Part shown: positions 1-12,963 of the stretch, one piece after another | How the letters are laid out: each line of letters opens with the position of its first letter | Position numbering within the stretch: the first letter of the stretch is position 1 | Assembly (NCBI GenBank): GCA_030390025.1 | Contig: CM059439.1 | Span: 62,310,001-62,374,000, forward strand | Length of the DNA: 64,000 nucleotides | From: Squalus acanthias | Lineage: Eukaryota | Direction of reading: 5' to 3' | Notes under the pieces: model-generated | What the model saw: the letters and a program-made list of their open reading frames with translations, nothing else | The model's database searches: none | What the model was told of the DNA's origin: nothing | Program-made: the position numbers and the translations under genes

Positions 1-659
1 ACTAAGTGTAACAAGTTTTGATCCATACGATACAAGGCCCTCTGTTTACAACCAACACGTGTCTTCTAATTCTGCCATGAATATGTAACCTGAATTCCTT
101 CTGTATGCATTTGTGTGCACATTGTGGCTGTTGCGCCTGCCCTAAGCCCATTATTTCTGTCTCCCTTTTTTCTCTTGGCACCTCTCCAAGAGGGTCCTTC
201 CCTCTTGTCTCCTCCCATTCCTGCCAACCAGTCATGCCACCTTTTACTTCTCTCCTATTGGGTACTTTACACACCCTAATCCCTACCCCCAACCCATCAC
301 TGTCTTCCTACTCTCCTGCCCCTATCCCAGACATGAATGCCCCTTGTATAAGACAACAGCTACCCCATGGCCTATCTTGGAATTCTCTGAAATGTCCATC
401 GAGTCACCCATCGCTGCTTCCTTACAAGCAGCAACTCCAAATGCCCCATCCTCCTCTCTTGCCAATCTTCCCACCCAGTGCAGCCGCTGGGGATAACCTG
501 ACCAACCTCCATCCATCCAGCTCAGCCACCCAGCCACCACTACCCCTTGTACTCTGCCGGTGGATCAATCACTGTTCCTCGCTGCATTTCTCTCAAAAGT
601 GTCCATTCATTCATGAACAAGGCCTTTGCCATCCACAACCTATTGTAGACGATTACATT

Positions 660-2290
660 GACATCTAGGCTTTGACTGAAATATGGTTCCCATGCTGGCC
701 ATTCCCCTGGTATAGCCCCTAACTTTCCACCCTCAAGTTCAAGGGGAGCATATCTGGCACAGAACTGGTGTAGCCATTCATTACCAGACCTGCCTGGACC
801 ACATCAAGCTCTATCGTGCCTCACTCTCCTCTACCCAGTACTCCAGTACCATCATGCAAAGCAAAGATAACCTCTTACTTCTTTTCTTCACCACTGTTTC
901 CTTAAATCCTTCTCTCCTAGACCTCCGCCCTAACTTCCAACAAGTGCGAGGAGCTCATGGATTTCTTTGTCATTACGGTTGAGACCATCCAGTCAGCTAC
1001 CTCTGCTGCTTCCCCCCTTCCCCTTTCTCACTAATCCAAACCTCCTCCCACACTACCTCCTGCCCTAGCCCTGAAGCCCCTTCTCTCTCTCGTTTCGCTC
1101 ATATCTTCCCTCATGTCCTCTCCAAACTTATCTCATCCATCAGACCCACCTCCTGCTCTCTTGACCCCATACCCACTAAACTTCTGATCACCCAACTTCT
1201 CTTCCTGGTTCCCATTCTACCTGACATTATAAATGGTTCCCTCTCCTCAGGTACTAACCCCCTCCCTTTCAGAATTGTTATCATCATCCCCTCCTCAAAA
1301 TACCCAGCCTTGATCCATCTGCCCTTGCAAACTATCGGCCCATCTCTAATCCCTCTTTCCTCCCGAGTCCTTGAATGTGTTTTCGCATATCCGTGCCAAT
1401 CTTTCTTGCAACCTCTTGTTTGAATCTCTACAAATAGGTTTCTGCCCCTGTCAATACACCATAATGGCCCCAATCAAAGTCACAAATGACACATGGGGGG
1501 GGAGGGGGGAAGAACCGGCACAGGTGCACTGGGCCGAATGGCCTCCTTCTGTGCTATAAGATTCTATAACATCCTCTGTGACTGTGACCATAGTGCATTA
1601 TCCCTCCTTGTTCTCCTTAACCTCTTTTCAGCCTTTGACATGGTTGACCACACCATCCTCTCCTCCGTTGTCCAACTCAGTAGGACTGCCCTTGTTTGCT
1701 TCCACTCATACCTATCCGATCGTAGCCAGAGCATCTCTACCAATGCCTTCTCTTCCCACCGTTACCTCCGAAGATCTATCCTTGGCCTCCTCCTCTTCCT
1801 CATCTACATGCTGCCCCATGGTGACACCATCTGCAGACACGGGGTCAGCTTCCACATGTATGCCAATGACATCCTGCTCTACCTCTCCACCACCTCTCTC
1901 AACCCCTCTACTTCCTCTGTTGTCAGACTGCTTGTCCGACCTCTAGCCTTGAATGAGTTGCAATTTCCTCCACTAGGCATCGGTAAGACCAAAGCCATTG
2001 TCTTCAGTCCCCACCACATACCTCCCTTGCCACCAATTCTATCCCTCTCTCTGGCCACTGTCTCAGCCTATGCTCTGGAATTTCTTCCCTAAACCGCTCT
2101 GCCTCTCCACGTCCCTCTCCTCCTTTAAGATGCTCCTTAGACCCCACCCCTTTCATTACATTTTTGGTCAACCCTTCTATTATCTCCTTTTTTGCCTCTG
2201 TGTCCATTTTTTTTAGCTTTGCCTCTGTGAAGCACCTTGGGATGGTTTTTCCTGTGTTAAAGGTGCTATATAAATGCACATCATTATTGT
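660..2290 (+). mobile_element. Degenerate L2-clade LINE (RT fragments and 3' tail), with a short CR1 3' tail inserted at about 1493-1570
   Basis: LLVLLNLFSAFDMVDH and FHMYAND (YADD remnant); tail gtgaagcaccttgggatg...aaaggtgctatataaatgca; homologous to the element at 16372-17695. Confidence 0.85.
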
Positions 2291-3366
2291 ACAGTGACTC
2301 CTTTTTGCAAATGCACATATGTGGATTCTGCGTGAGCACAGGATGAAGCTCAGCTATGATGCCCTCTGTAGGCTGCCAAAATTCGTTATCTAGCCTTATG
2401 CAGGAGAAGACCACTTAGCTAAGGTATGGAAGAGCAGCTTGTGCCTTTAGAATCACACTGCACCTTCAGGAGATGAAAAAGAAAATTCGAGGGAGAAGGA
2501 AGCGAAATTAAGTATTGTACATTCTCTAATAGTTGACTTCACTGGCCTGTGCCATTTTCCATTGCTAGTTACAGCGGTAGCTAGTCTGTTACATATATCC
2601 ATGCACAATGTACAGTGGGATCAGGCAGTGGGAATGGGAATCCTCAGCTGTATCTCACGATGATGGCTGAATCCTAAGGTACTTAGCCTGGACAAAGCAA
2701 GGCTTGGCAAATTGTTTACAGCAAAATGTGGGTTGAATCTGGCTGAATATTTTGTTTATATTTGGGGGATGAGAATAAAACCCTGCAAAATATGAAAAGG
2801 CGATGACCAACCAACCCTGATCACTGATTTAAATCTCCCTAGGCCAAGGAATGTAGACATTCTCCAAAATTCCCCCACCCAACTTGAACAAGAGGGATCT
2901 GGTACCCACTTCTCGCCCTGCTTCATACTGGCAAGAATTACATTTAAATTTCATCTATAACTTTAGTTATGGCTCCAGTCATGAACAGTTTGCATAGGAA
3001 GGCATCACAGACAAGCCTTCACTCAATGGCCAAACAAACCTTTTCCAACAGGGGTCACTCGATCCTTCAGGAGTGGGAACCTATCTGATTTTTTCCCCAC
3101 CCTAGCCCAAGGGACACTGAGCGCAATTGTGCCCTATTTATGGATTGGCTGAGATCAGCTAACAGCCCAGGGTTTGAACATGGGACTTTCCCAGTCTACA
3201 TGGCTCCGTTTCACATTGGACAGTTCCTTACCAATGAAGGCTTTATGGTAAGTCAAAATATAATCCATATATTTCCTTGAATATCAGGCTTTGCTTTGCA
3301 TAATTACTATTGTCACTTTGTGGGCAGCACCTGTGATTGTCTGAATCACGTCAAATTGGGCTCACT

Positions 3367-3467
3367 GAGGTAATTGTGAGTTTGAGCGATAGTGTAAAAC
3401 GGGCCATAACAGGCGGCTGATCCAATATCGCCTGTTTTACACTATCGCCCAAAGTCAAAATTATCCC
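3367..3467. mobile_element. Short palindromic MITE
   Basis: Arms GCGATAGTGTAAAACGGG and CCTGTTTTACACTATCGC; a related degenerate copy lies near 60983-61075. Confidence 0.6.
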
Positions 3468-3576
3468 AGTGACTCATTCTTCGATGGATTTTTGATTTCT
3501 ATTTGCACCGTAGCATGAATACTGACTGAATACAGCTTGTTGTCATCCTAACACCATTCCAATACGCTCTTCATAG

Positions 3577-3669
3577 AAGCCTTTGGGAGATGACATTACT
3601 TCTGATCCAATATTTTGTGATGATTTAAAGGAGAAATATAACATCAACATGGCTTTTGGATCTCCGACA
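3577..3669 (+). CDS. ovoA: OvoA-like 5-histidylcysteine sulfoxide synthase/methyltransferase, internal exon (first in window; gene starts upstream)
   Basis: tcatAG acceptor (NAGNAG, alternative start 3580) and ACA|GTAAGT donor, phase 0/0. Translates KPLGDDITSDPIFCDDLKEKYNINMAFGSPT and joins in frame to PVTMY of the next exon (NIN..GSPTPV, FGE-sulfatase-like). Confidence 0.8.
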
Positions 3670-4295
3670 GTAAGTGACATTTTTTGCATCTTTCCTTACT
3701 GCTGCCACACACTGTGCTGTTGGTTTCAGATATTGGCATCCATCAATACCGCAGGTCCCTTTGTGTTGTGACCTGTACCCTAGGTCAATTTGGTTTATAT
3801 TCTGTTTATTTTCCTTCCCTAGTTTCATTGTGTGGCATTTGTCCATGTTAAATGTTGTTTGACACTCATCAGCCCAGCTTCCCAATCTATCCAGATCCTG
3901 GTTTGCCTGTTCCCTATTATTTGAATCCCCATCCCCCAATTTAGTGTCATCTACAAATTTAGACCAGCTCCAACTAATTTCTATCCACCGTGAACAGCAA
4001 TGACCCCAGCATTGACCCCTGTGGCATCCTACTAGCGGCCCCTTTCCATGTTGAACCAGTTCCATCCACAACCATCTTTTCCTTTATCTGGTTTAGCCAA
4101 TAATCAGTTCATCTCAGAGTCTCCTATTCAATGCTTTCCTACCTTGTGACTAATCATTTGTGTGGCACATTATCAAAAGCCTTGCTGCAATCTAAATACA
4201 TCACACCCACAGATATTCCATTGTCAACATGACCATCATTTCCTTGAAGAACTCCAGTGTATTTCTTGAGGCAAGACCACCCTCCCATTAATCCA

Positions 4296-4854
4296 ATACG
4301 ATAGCAAAATACTGCGGATGCTGGAAAATTGAAACAACAACAGAAAACGCTGGAAAAACTCAGCAGGCCAGGCAACATCCGTGGAGAGAGAAACAGAGTT
4401 AACGTTTCAGGTCGAAACCCTTCGTCAGAACTGAGAAAAAAGTAGGAAATGAAACAGATAAAAAAGCAAGGGGGAGGCTGGGGGGAGGAATAAAAGAACA
4501 AAAGGGGTGGTCTATGGTAAGTAGAGATATTAAGAGATGCTCAAGGCAAGACGAGATGGTAATAGGACAGGTTAAGAAACAAAAGGTGGCACTTCTGAGC
4601 CACCTTTTGTTTCTTAACCTGTCCTATTACCATCTCGTCTTGCCTTGAGCATCTCTTAATGTCTCTACTTATCATAGACCACCCCTTTTGTTCTTTTATT
4701 CCTCCCCCCAGCCTCCCCCTTGCTTTTTTATCTGTTTCATTTCCTACTTTTTTCTCAGTTCTGACGAAGGGTTTCGACCTGAAACGTTAACTCTGTTACT
4801 CTCTCCACGGATGTTGCCTGGCCTGCTGAGTTTTTCCAGCGTTTTCTGTTGTTG
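4296..4854. mobile_element. Penelope-like element terminal-repeat insertion forming a long inverted repeat
   Basis: Arms 4335-4590 and 4599-4854 with an 8-nt spacer; 14-bp TSD ctcccattaatcca (4282-4295, 4855-4868); homologous to the 3' end of the Penelope element at about 38400-38520. Confidence 0.88.
4752..4797 (+). ncRNA. Minimal hammerhead ribozyme motif (Penelope-associated); mirror copy on - strand at about 4392-4437
   Basis: CTGACGA (4761-4767), stem II AGG/CCT, GAAAC (4781-4785), followed by palindromic AACGTT/GTTAAC as in dimer-forming minimal PLE hammerheads. Confidence 0.7.
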
Positions 4855-6239
4855 CTCCCATTAATCCATGCAGACTTCCTTTTACCAGACCGTACCATCT
4901 AGGTGTTTCATTATCCCTTCTTTCACAATGGTTTCTAATACTTTACTCAAAACATGTGCTTGGCAATAATTCTCTGGTTTGTCCTTATTCCCCTTATTAA
5001 AGAATAATATTATGTTAGCTCCTTTTTCTAATCATTCCCAAAAGTTAGTGGCAAGGACGTGACCAATTCCATTAGCTATTTTTTTTTAAGTATGGATTTT
5101 ATTCAATCCAAGTGCTTTTTTTTCCTTTGTCTTCCTCAGTCTATCAGAGACCATCATATCTGCAATTTCTATTTTGTTTAGTACTTCCTCTATTCTCCCT
5201 CACCAGCCCCCCCCCCAAACACCTCAACAGAAACTCACCTGCTATACCAGGGAGACTGTCCATGGGCTCCACTGTGAACACAAATAAGAAGAATTTATTT
5301 AGTCTGGTCACTTGATATCATGTCACCTTTGTGACATTTCAATGGCCCCACCATTTCATTTTCATAATGCTTGCTGTGGGTATATTTACAGAGATGATTT
5401 GCATTACTTTTAGTATTCCCTTTTATAATAATGTCATTTTCTATTTCTCCTCTCCCGGCCAGTTTCTTAACTTCCTTTACTTTATTCTTCTATTCATCTC
5501 GATCTGCTGTAATACTTGTAGCTTTATACCTTAAGAACAATTTATTTTTTTGCCCATATTCCCTGCATTATTATCTATTATCCACATTGGCTTTTTCCCT
5601 CCATTACCCTACTTCCATAGGCTACGTATCTATTCTGTATTTCTAAACGTGAGCCACTTTTCTGCTGTGCTTTTTCCCTCTAACAGTGCTGTCCAGTCCA
5701 GTTTCCTGAGGTCAACCCTCAATATCAGCCTTTCAAAACTTGACACTTTCTATTGTGCTCATTCTCTTTTCCATTTTTAGCCTAACATTTAACTCTACTA
5801 TATTGTGGTCACTATTGCCATGGTGTGGCCACTACAGACATAACATTAATAAGAACATATGATTTTTTTAAAGCCATTAGACACAACAAGCCTTTTTGGT
5901 TAAACTGAACCCCATCTATAAGCCTCCTCAATATAAGCTTCAATATTTTTGTATATCTCAATCACTTACATCTTCAGAAATGCATCTAATTATACCTTCA
6001 GCCCATTTATGCTGTTTTTTTGATTTGTGTCCTCTACTATTGGGACCCTTTACTACAATCAATAATGTGCCTAGATCAACATTGTTAATTTCCTTCATAT
6101 TCTTGAAAACTTCGAATTTGTCACCTTAACGTCCACTTCTCCCAAAGAGAACAAACCTAGTTAGTGACGATTTCCACATAATTTGGATTCCTGCTAGCAT
6201 CTTGGCTGCTCACCCCTGTAGCTTCTCAAGACAATTGAT

Positions 6240-6992
6240 GGCCCGGATTTTGCGGTGGTAATGACGGCAAAGCTGTCTGAAACTACCCCCCTGAAACTGA
6301 CCGTAACTTCAGGATTTAGCACATGCGATTATAAACACAGAAATCCTGAAGTTGCGGTCAGTCATTCCCTGCTCCGCCACAGGCTGCGCTGTGGAACTCC
6401 CCATAGCCGGCCATCGGTGAAATCACTTGAAGTGACGAAAACCTCCCCTTTTTCTGCTTTAATATTGCTGTTAAACACCCCATTAAAAGATAAGCCTTGT
6501 TGGAATAGGTATAACTGGGGTTTTAACACCGTATTGACTGCTGAACAACCGTCCTGGCTCTGAAAAACTAATTTTATATTTGTGGAATGTCAAATTTCTC
6601 ATTATAATAAAAATTACTAGATTTTTAAAATAATAAAAAATATATTTTTTTAAAGTTTGTTTATGATATTTCAGCTTCTACCTTAACCCCACATGTATGT
6701 CCCAATCTTTATTTCACTCTCTGTAAAATTTTTAAGAAGTGAATGATAATCAGTGCTTTTTATTTCCTGGTTTGTTGTCTATGAGAATTCTTCAGTGTGA
6801 TTGGCTGCTTAGACAGCTTGATGACATCACTGCTAATGTATACTGGGGATCCCCTTTTGACAGCGCTACAATCAAATTAAGGTCGAGAAAGCTAAAGTTT
6901 TCACCACCAAGATCGCAAGATCTTTGTGGGCAGCTTTCTTTGAGGTCAGTGGTGATCGCCGTCGCTTTGCCACTGACTGCAAATTCCGAGCC
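6240..6992. mobile_element. PIF/Harbinger-like MITE family A, copy 1
   Basis: TIRs GGCCCGGATTTTGC / GCAAATTCCGAGCC; 3-bp TSD GAT. Confidence 0.8.
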
Positions 6993-7399
6993 GATATTGT
7001 TTTTATGATTAGGTGACTATGCTGTATACAGTACTCCAGATGAATAGGTGAAATTAAGATCAATCAAAAAGGGAAGGGTTTGTTGGGTTAAATAGCCTTT
7101 TCTGGTTACTAATTTTGTTTAGGTTCTTATTTCAGAAAGAAGTAACAAAATAACATCTTGGTGATGAATCGATTGCAATGTCCGTATGCCCAAGTTACTC
7201 GCGGTTGATTCTTAACTTCCCTCTGAAGTAGCCTAGCAAGCCACCCAGTTATATCAAACCACTACTGCTCACCACCACGTTCTCATGGCACTAGGGATGG
7301 GTAATAAATGTCGGCCTTGTTTGCGACTCCCATTTCACAAGTACTATTAAAATCGCAACCATTACATTTTGCTTTCAAGATTATTCCAATGTTATATCT

Positions 7400-7920
7400 G
7401 CAGCATAAGAACATAGGATGCATAGAAAGTACAAGACAGGAAAATACTCTGCAGTCCACCAGGCCTGTCCCAAAAACTAATACCCCTCAATCAGCCACTA
7501 TCTCAGATATCTGCCCAGTGCTCACTTAAATTGTTCCACACCACCTGCCTCCCTGGGTAGGTCTGTAGCACATGTTCACCACCCTCTGCGCAAAATAGTA
7601 AAATCTAATCTTTCTGTGCACTTTCCTTCTTGAGCTGGGGCCACAATCCCTGGTTGTACAGTTTGTGGCAATTGCGAACACATTATCTGGGGTCAATTTA
7701 TCTATCCCTTTTAAAAATCTTGACTATTTGAATAATATCCCCCTTGAGCCTTCTCTTCTCCAGAGTAAACAATCCTAAGCTCTTCTTCTCCACTCAAAGG
7801 TTCAGATGCCTTAAGCTAGGTATCAGTTTGGTTGCCCTTTTCTGCACCACTTCCAATTCCTTGATATCTTTACTGTAGTAGAGTGATCATAATTGTATAC
7901 AGTAGTTCAGCCCATCGTGT
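7400..7920 (-). mobile_element. Old CR1 3' fragment directly abutting an OvoA acceptor
   Basis: Reverse-complement CR1 3' motifs (ccttgagccttctcttctccagag, tgcaccacttcca...tagtagagtgatcataattgtatacagta). Confidence 0.65.
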
Positions 7921-7951
7921 ACATTGTTCTCCTTCTTTACATTCTCTGCAG

Positions 7952-8116
7952 CCTGTGACTATGTATGCACCCACTAAGGCAGGCTTTCATGATGTCTTTG
8001 GCAATGTCTGGGAATGGACAGAAGATCATTTTAATGGGCTTCCAGGGTTTGAAACCTCTTACCTGTACGATGACTTCTCCAGCCCCTGTTTTGATGGCAG
8101 GCATACAATAATTCTG
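7952..8116 (+). CDS. ovoA: OvoA exon, FGE-sulfatase-like domain
   Basis: ctctgcAG acceptor, CTG|GTAAGT donor. Translates PVTMYAPTKAGFHDVFGNVWEWTEDHFNGLPGFETSYLYDDFSSPCFDGRHTIIL; GNVWEW is the FGE-family motif and YDDFS.PCFDG.H is characteristic of OvoA. Confidence 0.92.
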
Positions 8117-9254
8117 GTAAGTTTTGTGCAATACTTTTTATGTTTCTGTGGGGTCCATTTTAACTCGCTACGTCCAGCAGAAACCGTGCGAGTGGCCAGT
8201 TAAAAAGAGCCAGGTTTCTTACCTACTCAGATCCTGACCATTTCCAATATTAACCTTCAGGGTTTTACAGGTGGATGAGGCGCCTCCTTAAAGCATAAGT
8301 TTGCGCATGTTGGGGTACAGGACCCCGATGCAGTTTAACCGGGGCCTGAGCGAGGAAACTGCCGCGGCTTTCCTGCTAGACAGAATCAGGTCTGCAGATT
8401 GAAGAGGCCCATCAGGTAAGTCTGAAACTTTTGCTTGTGGGACCAGGAAGAGCAGGTGTGCTCCTCCAGGCACCATAAGGAAAGGTGCAGCCTCACCTGC
8501 CCAGACTCTTCCCCCACCCCCACTCTTCCTTCCCTCAAGATCCTCTTGAAAACCCCTCCTCCTCTCGAAGCCTCTGCCAGTGCTGTTGCAAAGCCAGACA
8601 TTAAAGGGGTGAACTTCTATGGGGGTTCTCCAGACCGTTTTTCCCCTGGGTTTCTGTGGCTTTTACACCAAAGTTACGGCATTTGTGGAAATTCACCCCC
8701 ATGACTTTCATTTGAGTAGCCCAGTTGACTCGCCTTTCAATTGACCCTCTCTCTTGCTTAGCACCTCCTAGGTGACAACTGACGTTTCTTAAACAATCTC
8801 AGCTTAAGAAATGTGAAAAGCTTCTCTAGAAGGAAACATTGAAGGTGGCCACCCTCTTCTTTATAAGAAAGTATTTGAGGCTGAGTTGATTAACTCGTTC
8901 AATAAGGAGCTGAGTAAATATCTGGCTGGGAATGAGATTTGGAGATTTTAGGGAAACGGTGTAGACTGAAAGGATCAAATACGCTGCAGGTTATGATGGT
9001 TATCTGGGGTGGGGTGGAAGGAAGGTTTTCTATGGAGAGCAGTGGGCAAGGGTTAAATAGTGGCAATGTGAAGATGGATAAATATACTGTTGCTTGATAA
9101 TATTTGGGAATTGCAGAGGATTTACACAGACTACAGTTACTACAGATAACTGGATGTGGCAGGATGCAAGTATTGGTGACATTCAACTGCCACTTGAAAG
9201 TAAAGACTCTTTCAACCTTGATAGGGAAGCCCAATGCGTAAAGAGCAGTGGTGT

Positions 9255-9655
9255 CATCCTTGGCTCAGTGGTAGCACTCCTGCTTCTCAGTCAGAAGGTT
9301 GTGAGTTCAAGCTCCACTTCAAAGACTTGAGCACATAATCCAGGCTGACACTTCAGTGCAGTGCATTGTTGAGGTGCTGTGCTTTGGATGAGCCGTTAAA
9401 CTGCGGCTCCGCCTTCCCTCTATGTGGACGTAAAAGATCTCATGACATTATTCCAAGAACTGCAAGGGAGTTCTCCTGATGTCCTGGCCAATATTTATCC
9501 CTGAACCAACATCTCTGAAACATATTATCTGGACATTATCTCATTGCTGTTTGTGGGACCTTGCCGCATTTGCTAACATTACAACAGTGACTGCACTTCA
9601 AAAGTACTTCATTGGCTGTGATATGCATTGGGACATCCTGAGGTGGCTTTGAGAA
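9255..9655 (+). mobile_element. tRNA-headed Deu-domain SINE (SacSINE1-like)
   Basis: A box tggctcagtggtag, B box gagttcaagc, core gccgttaaactgcggctccg...ggacgtaaaagatctcatg, L2-like tail. Confidence 0.75.
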
Positions 9656-9708
9656 AAACAACATTCATGGTGGTATTGTTAACTCTGATTTGATTTCTGT
9701 GTTTATAG

Positions 9709-9832
9709 GGTGGTTCCTGGATCTCAACAGGAGCTGAGGCATCACTGTTTGCAAGGTTTGCCTTCAGGAGGCATTTTTTCCAACACTTGGGCTTCCGCTT
9801 GGTCAGAACATGCAATTGGTTGAAAACTCCAG
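9709..9832 (+). CDS. ovoA: OvoA exon, end of FGE-sulfatase-like domain
   Basis: tttatAG acceptor. Translates GGSWISTGAEASLFARFAFRRHFFQHLGFRLVRTCNWLKTP, matching the OvoA signature GGSWISTG..AS..AR.AFRRHFFQH.GFR. CAG|GTGAAT (phase 1) is the only donor before the in-frame TGA at 9841; the 3' boundary is uncertain. Confidence 0.9.
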
Positions 9833-10074
9833 GTGAATATTGAAGCATTTGTTCCAGGCACGGGGGTAAGAGGTACGAAATCATCACACTGTTTAAACTT
9901 GGAACAGTTGCAGTGCCTGGGTGAAACTGCCATACAAACCAGAGAGGTCCCAAGTTATTGTCTTTCATTGGGAACAAAGAGAAGCAATAACGATGCACCT
10001 GGGGATCAGATATTTAGATTATGAGTAAAGATTAAGGAAGTCGATCTTATTTTCTTTGGAAAAGAGGAGACATT

Positions 10075-10711
10075 GGGGGAAAAATTGGGTTGCTTTGCAC
10101 CTCCTGTTAGTGCCCCTGGGTGGGCGCTAACAGGGCGCAAAGCCCCTAGTGTCCGGGCGCGGCGCCACTAACACCTCCTGCGAAATTCAGCAGGAGGTTA
10201 GCGGCGGCAGTAGCCGGTAGTGCCCCGCGGTGCTGCGCCTATGGCGATGACGTCATCGCCATGCGCAGCACCCCGCTCGCGCCCTGGCCGCAAACTTCGG
10301 TTGCGTCCCCGGACCTACCGCTGGATAATATGTCCAACAGGGTCGGGGTGGCGTTTTTGCAGCCGCGGCGGCGCAATTTTAAGGACAGGTGTCGGGCGGC
10401 CCCCTTCCCCGTTTTTATTCGGGGTGCCGGCTGCGATCACTCAGCTGGGTGGTCCAGCAGGGTCCCGGTGTGTGCAGCACTAGGCCACTCCCCTTTAATC
10501 AGGGGAGGGAGGCCTGCAATACCGCGATGCTACGTGCCGACGCGCAGCGCCGCGATATTCACTTGGAGCGCTTCCAGTAGCGCCCCGCCTCCTGCTTGGG
10601 GTGCTACCACTGAATTTACGGCGCAGGGGCGCTAACTTTTTCAAGGCGCTAAAAGTAGTGCCCCAGCGAAGTTAGCGCCCCAAAGGGGGCGCGACCCAAT
10701 TTTTCCCCCCC
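10075..10711. mobile_element. GC-rich Harbinger-like MITE family B
   Basis: TIRs GGGGGAAAAATTGGG / CCCAATTTTTCCCCC; homologous to 39863-40630 and 48455-48813. Confidence 0.8.
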
Positions 10712-10796
10712 ATTAAGTTTAATTGAAGTTTTACAGATTATGAAGAGGATTTATTAATTTGAAACTAAAGCAGAAAATGCTGGAAACACTCGGCAT

Positions 10797-10954
10797 CAAT
10801 GTTCCCGCTAAGCTGCGTGGCTGCTCAGTCATCTGCAAAGTCCAGCACAACAGCTTTTACATTGCAGATACCGCGCATACGCAAAAATTTGAATGGGCCG
10901 CGCATTGGTGGAGGCAGGCCGCGTAGGAGGCAGTGCAGCTTACGGGGAACATTG
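10797..10954. mobile_element. hAT-like MITE nested in a Penelope terminal fragment
   Basis: 20-bp TIRs CAATGTTCCCGCTAAGCTGC / GCAGCTTACGGGGAACATTG. Confidence 0.7.
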
Positions 10955-11703
10955 CTCAGTCTGTCAGTCAGCATCTATGGAGAGAACAGGTAAGTTAATG
11001 TTTCAAGTGTAGACCTTTATTTCAGACTGGGCATCAGCTCCCCTGTGCAAGTGAGGTGAGGTTGACTGACATAAGTTAAATGTATATTATTTGTATGTTT
11101 TAACAAGGATTTCAGTATTGGTGCAATCTGTAAACTTTGAAGTTTATAGCACAGAAAAAGCCAATTTGTCCCATCGTGTCTATGCCAGCTCTTTGCTACT
11201 GCAATCCAAAACTAATTTCACTCTCTCCCCATAGCCTGGTATATTCTTGTTTCAAAAGCTACAATGGTCTCTGAAACAACCATTCCTTGTGACAAAGCAT
11301 TCCATGCTTCTACCAATCTCCACGTAAAGAACCCCTCTCTCCTCACTCTCTTAATGACAATCCCTCATCACTGGTTCCACAATCAGAGGAAAGCTCTCCC
11401 AATTCACTATCAAAACCCATCAACATTTTGCAAACCTATATTAATCTCCTTCTCTAGTCCAGTGGTAATAGCTCCAGTATCTCATGTCTCTCATCATACC
11501 TATAGCTTCTCATCCCTGACATTATTCTAGTGAATCATATTTGTACAAAACAATGGTTAAGCCACAGTTAAAGTATGGTGTGCAGTTTTGAGCACCCCAC
11601 TGTAGTAAGAACATTAAATCATAGTCCCCACTTATAAACCCCAAAAGGCTGTTCACCTTTTTCATTGCTTTATCTATCTGCCCTTGTACTTTCAGGGAAT
11701 TAT

Positions 11704-12467
11704 GGCCCGGAATTCACGGTGGGTAATAACAGTGGACAAACAGCGTTCGCTGTTATTACCCCTTTGAAACTAACCGCAACTTCAGGATGCAGCGCATGCG
11801 CATCCTAACGCGAATATCCTGAAGTTGAGGTCAGCCATTCACTGCTCCGACACTGGCTGCGCTGTAGACCCCCCGCCCCCTTAGCCGGCAATCAGTGGAA
11901 TCAGGTAAATCAGTGAAATTGATGAAAACTTGGGCTTTTCCGCGGTAATAGCGCTGTTAAATACCCCATTAAAAGTTAGACCTTGTTGGATTAGGTGTAA
12001 CTGGGGTTTTAACAGCGTATTGAGTGCTAAACAAACGTTATGGCCCTGAAAAACTGATTTTAATTTTGTGGAGTGTCAAATTTATCCATAATGATGAAAA
12101 TTACAATTTTTAAGAAACTTAAAAAAAATTAGATTTTTTAAGAGTTTGTTCATCTGTATTCCAGGTTTATCTTTTCCCCATGTGAGAGCCCCAATCTTTG
12201 TTTTGCTCTCTATAAAAATTTTAAAATGTCAGAATAAAAGGAGCTTCTTCACTTTCTGGTTCCCTGTCTGTGAGAATTCTGCATCGTGATTGGCTGCTTG
12301 GACAGCTTGTTGACATCACAACAGCTCGCGCTATGGAATTCCCCTCTATACTGCACGTCGAAAAAGCCAAACTTCTCACCACAGAGATCGCAAGATCTTT
12401 GAGGGAGGCTTTCTTCAGGGCCAGCGGTGAATGCCTTTGCTTCGTCACTGACTGCAAATTATCGGCC
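11704..12467. mobile_element. PIF/Harbinger-like MITE family A, copy 2
   Basis: TIRs GGCCCGGAATT / AATTATCGGCC; TSD TAT; colinear with 6240-6992; splits a CR1 fragment. Confidence 0.8.
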
Positions 12468-12632
12468 TATGTATTTGAACCCCAAGATCTCTGTTCAATC
12501 AGACCCTTCAGTGTCTTCCCATTGAGTGTATACTCCGATCCCTTGTTTATCCTTTAAAAACACATTACCTGCTAACCTGTCTATGTCTTCCTGAAGTCTT
12601 TTACAGTTCCCCTCGTTATTTGCCAAACCTCC

Positions 12633-12963
12633 TGGATTCTCTGAATGATAAATCTTTCACAAGCTTTTTGTGTGAGATGAATTGAGTGCCTCAGTTCAAA
12701 TATATTCTGAACAGTATTGGTTTAATGTAGGAACATCAAAAATGAGAGTCTTACTGCACCATGCAGTACTCCCCATAAATAATTGTAAAGTTAAATCCCA
12801 AATGGAAAACATGAAGATTTTCATATTCAGTCCACATTAAGAGATATGGGGAGAAAGCAGGGACAGGGTACTAAATTTGAATGATCAGCCATGATCGCAT
12901 TGAATGGCGGAGCAGGCTAGAGGGGCCGAATGGCCTACTCCTGCTCCTATCTTCTATGTTTCG
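12633..12963 (+). mobile_element. Chimeric insertion: 206-bp copy of intron segment 14196-14400 fused to a CR1 3' tail
   Basis: Direct duplication with 1 substitution and 1 indel by eye, followed by aagagatatgggg...gaatggcctactcctgctcctatcttctatgttt. Confidence 0.85.

Larger units (their letters stand above)
3735..6236 (-). mobile_element. Old CR1 LINE fragments, interrupted by the Penelope-derived palindrome
   Basis: SKFVDDTKLG and YLDCSKAFDNVPHK remnants in minus-strand ORFs; boundaries approximate. Confidence 0.7.

Noticed and set aside
7883-8203. SUMF1 (formylglycine-generating enzyme)
   Set aside because: It shares GNVWEW and GGS but lacks the SUMF1 catalytic cysteine motif, and has OvoA-type YDDFS and FRRHFFQH motifs plus a methyltransferase domain.
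9255-9330. tRNA gene
   Set aside because: The A and B boxes continue into a multicopy SINE body, so this is a SINE head.
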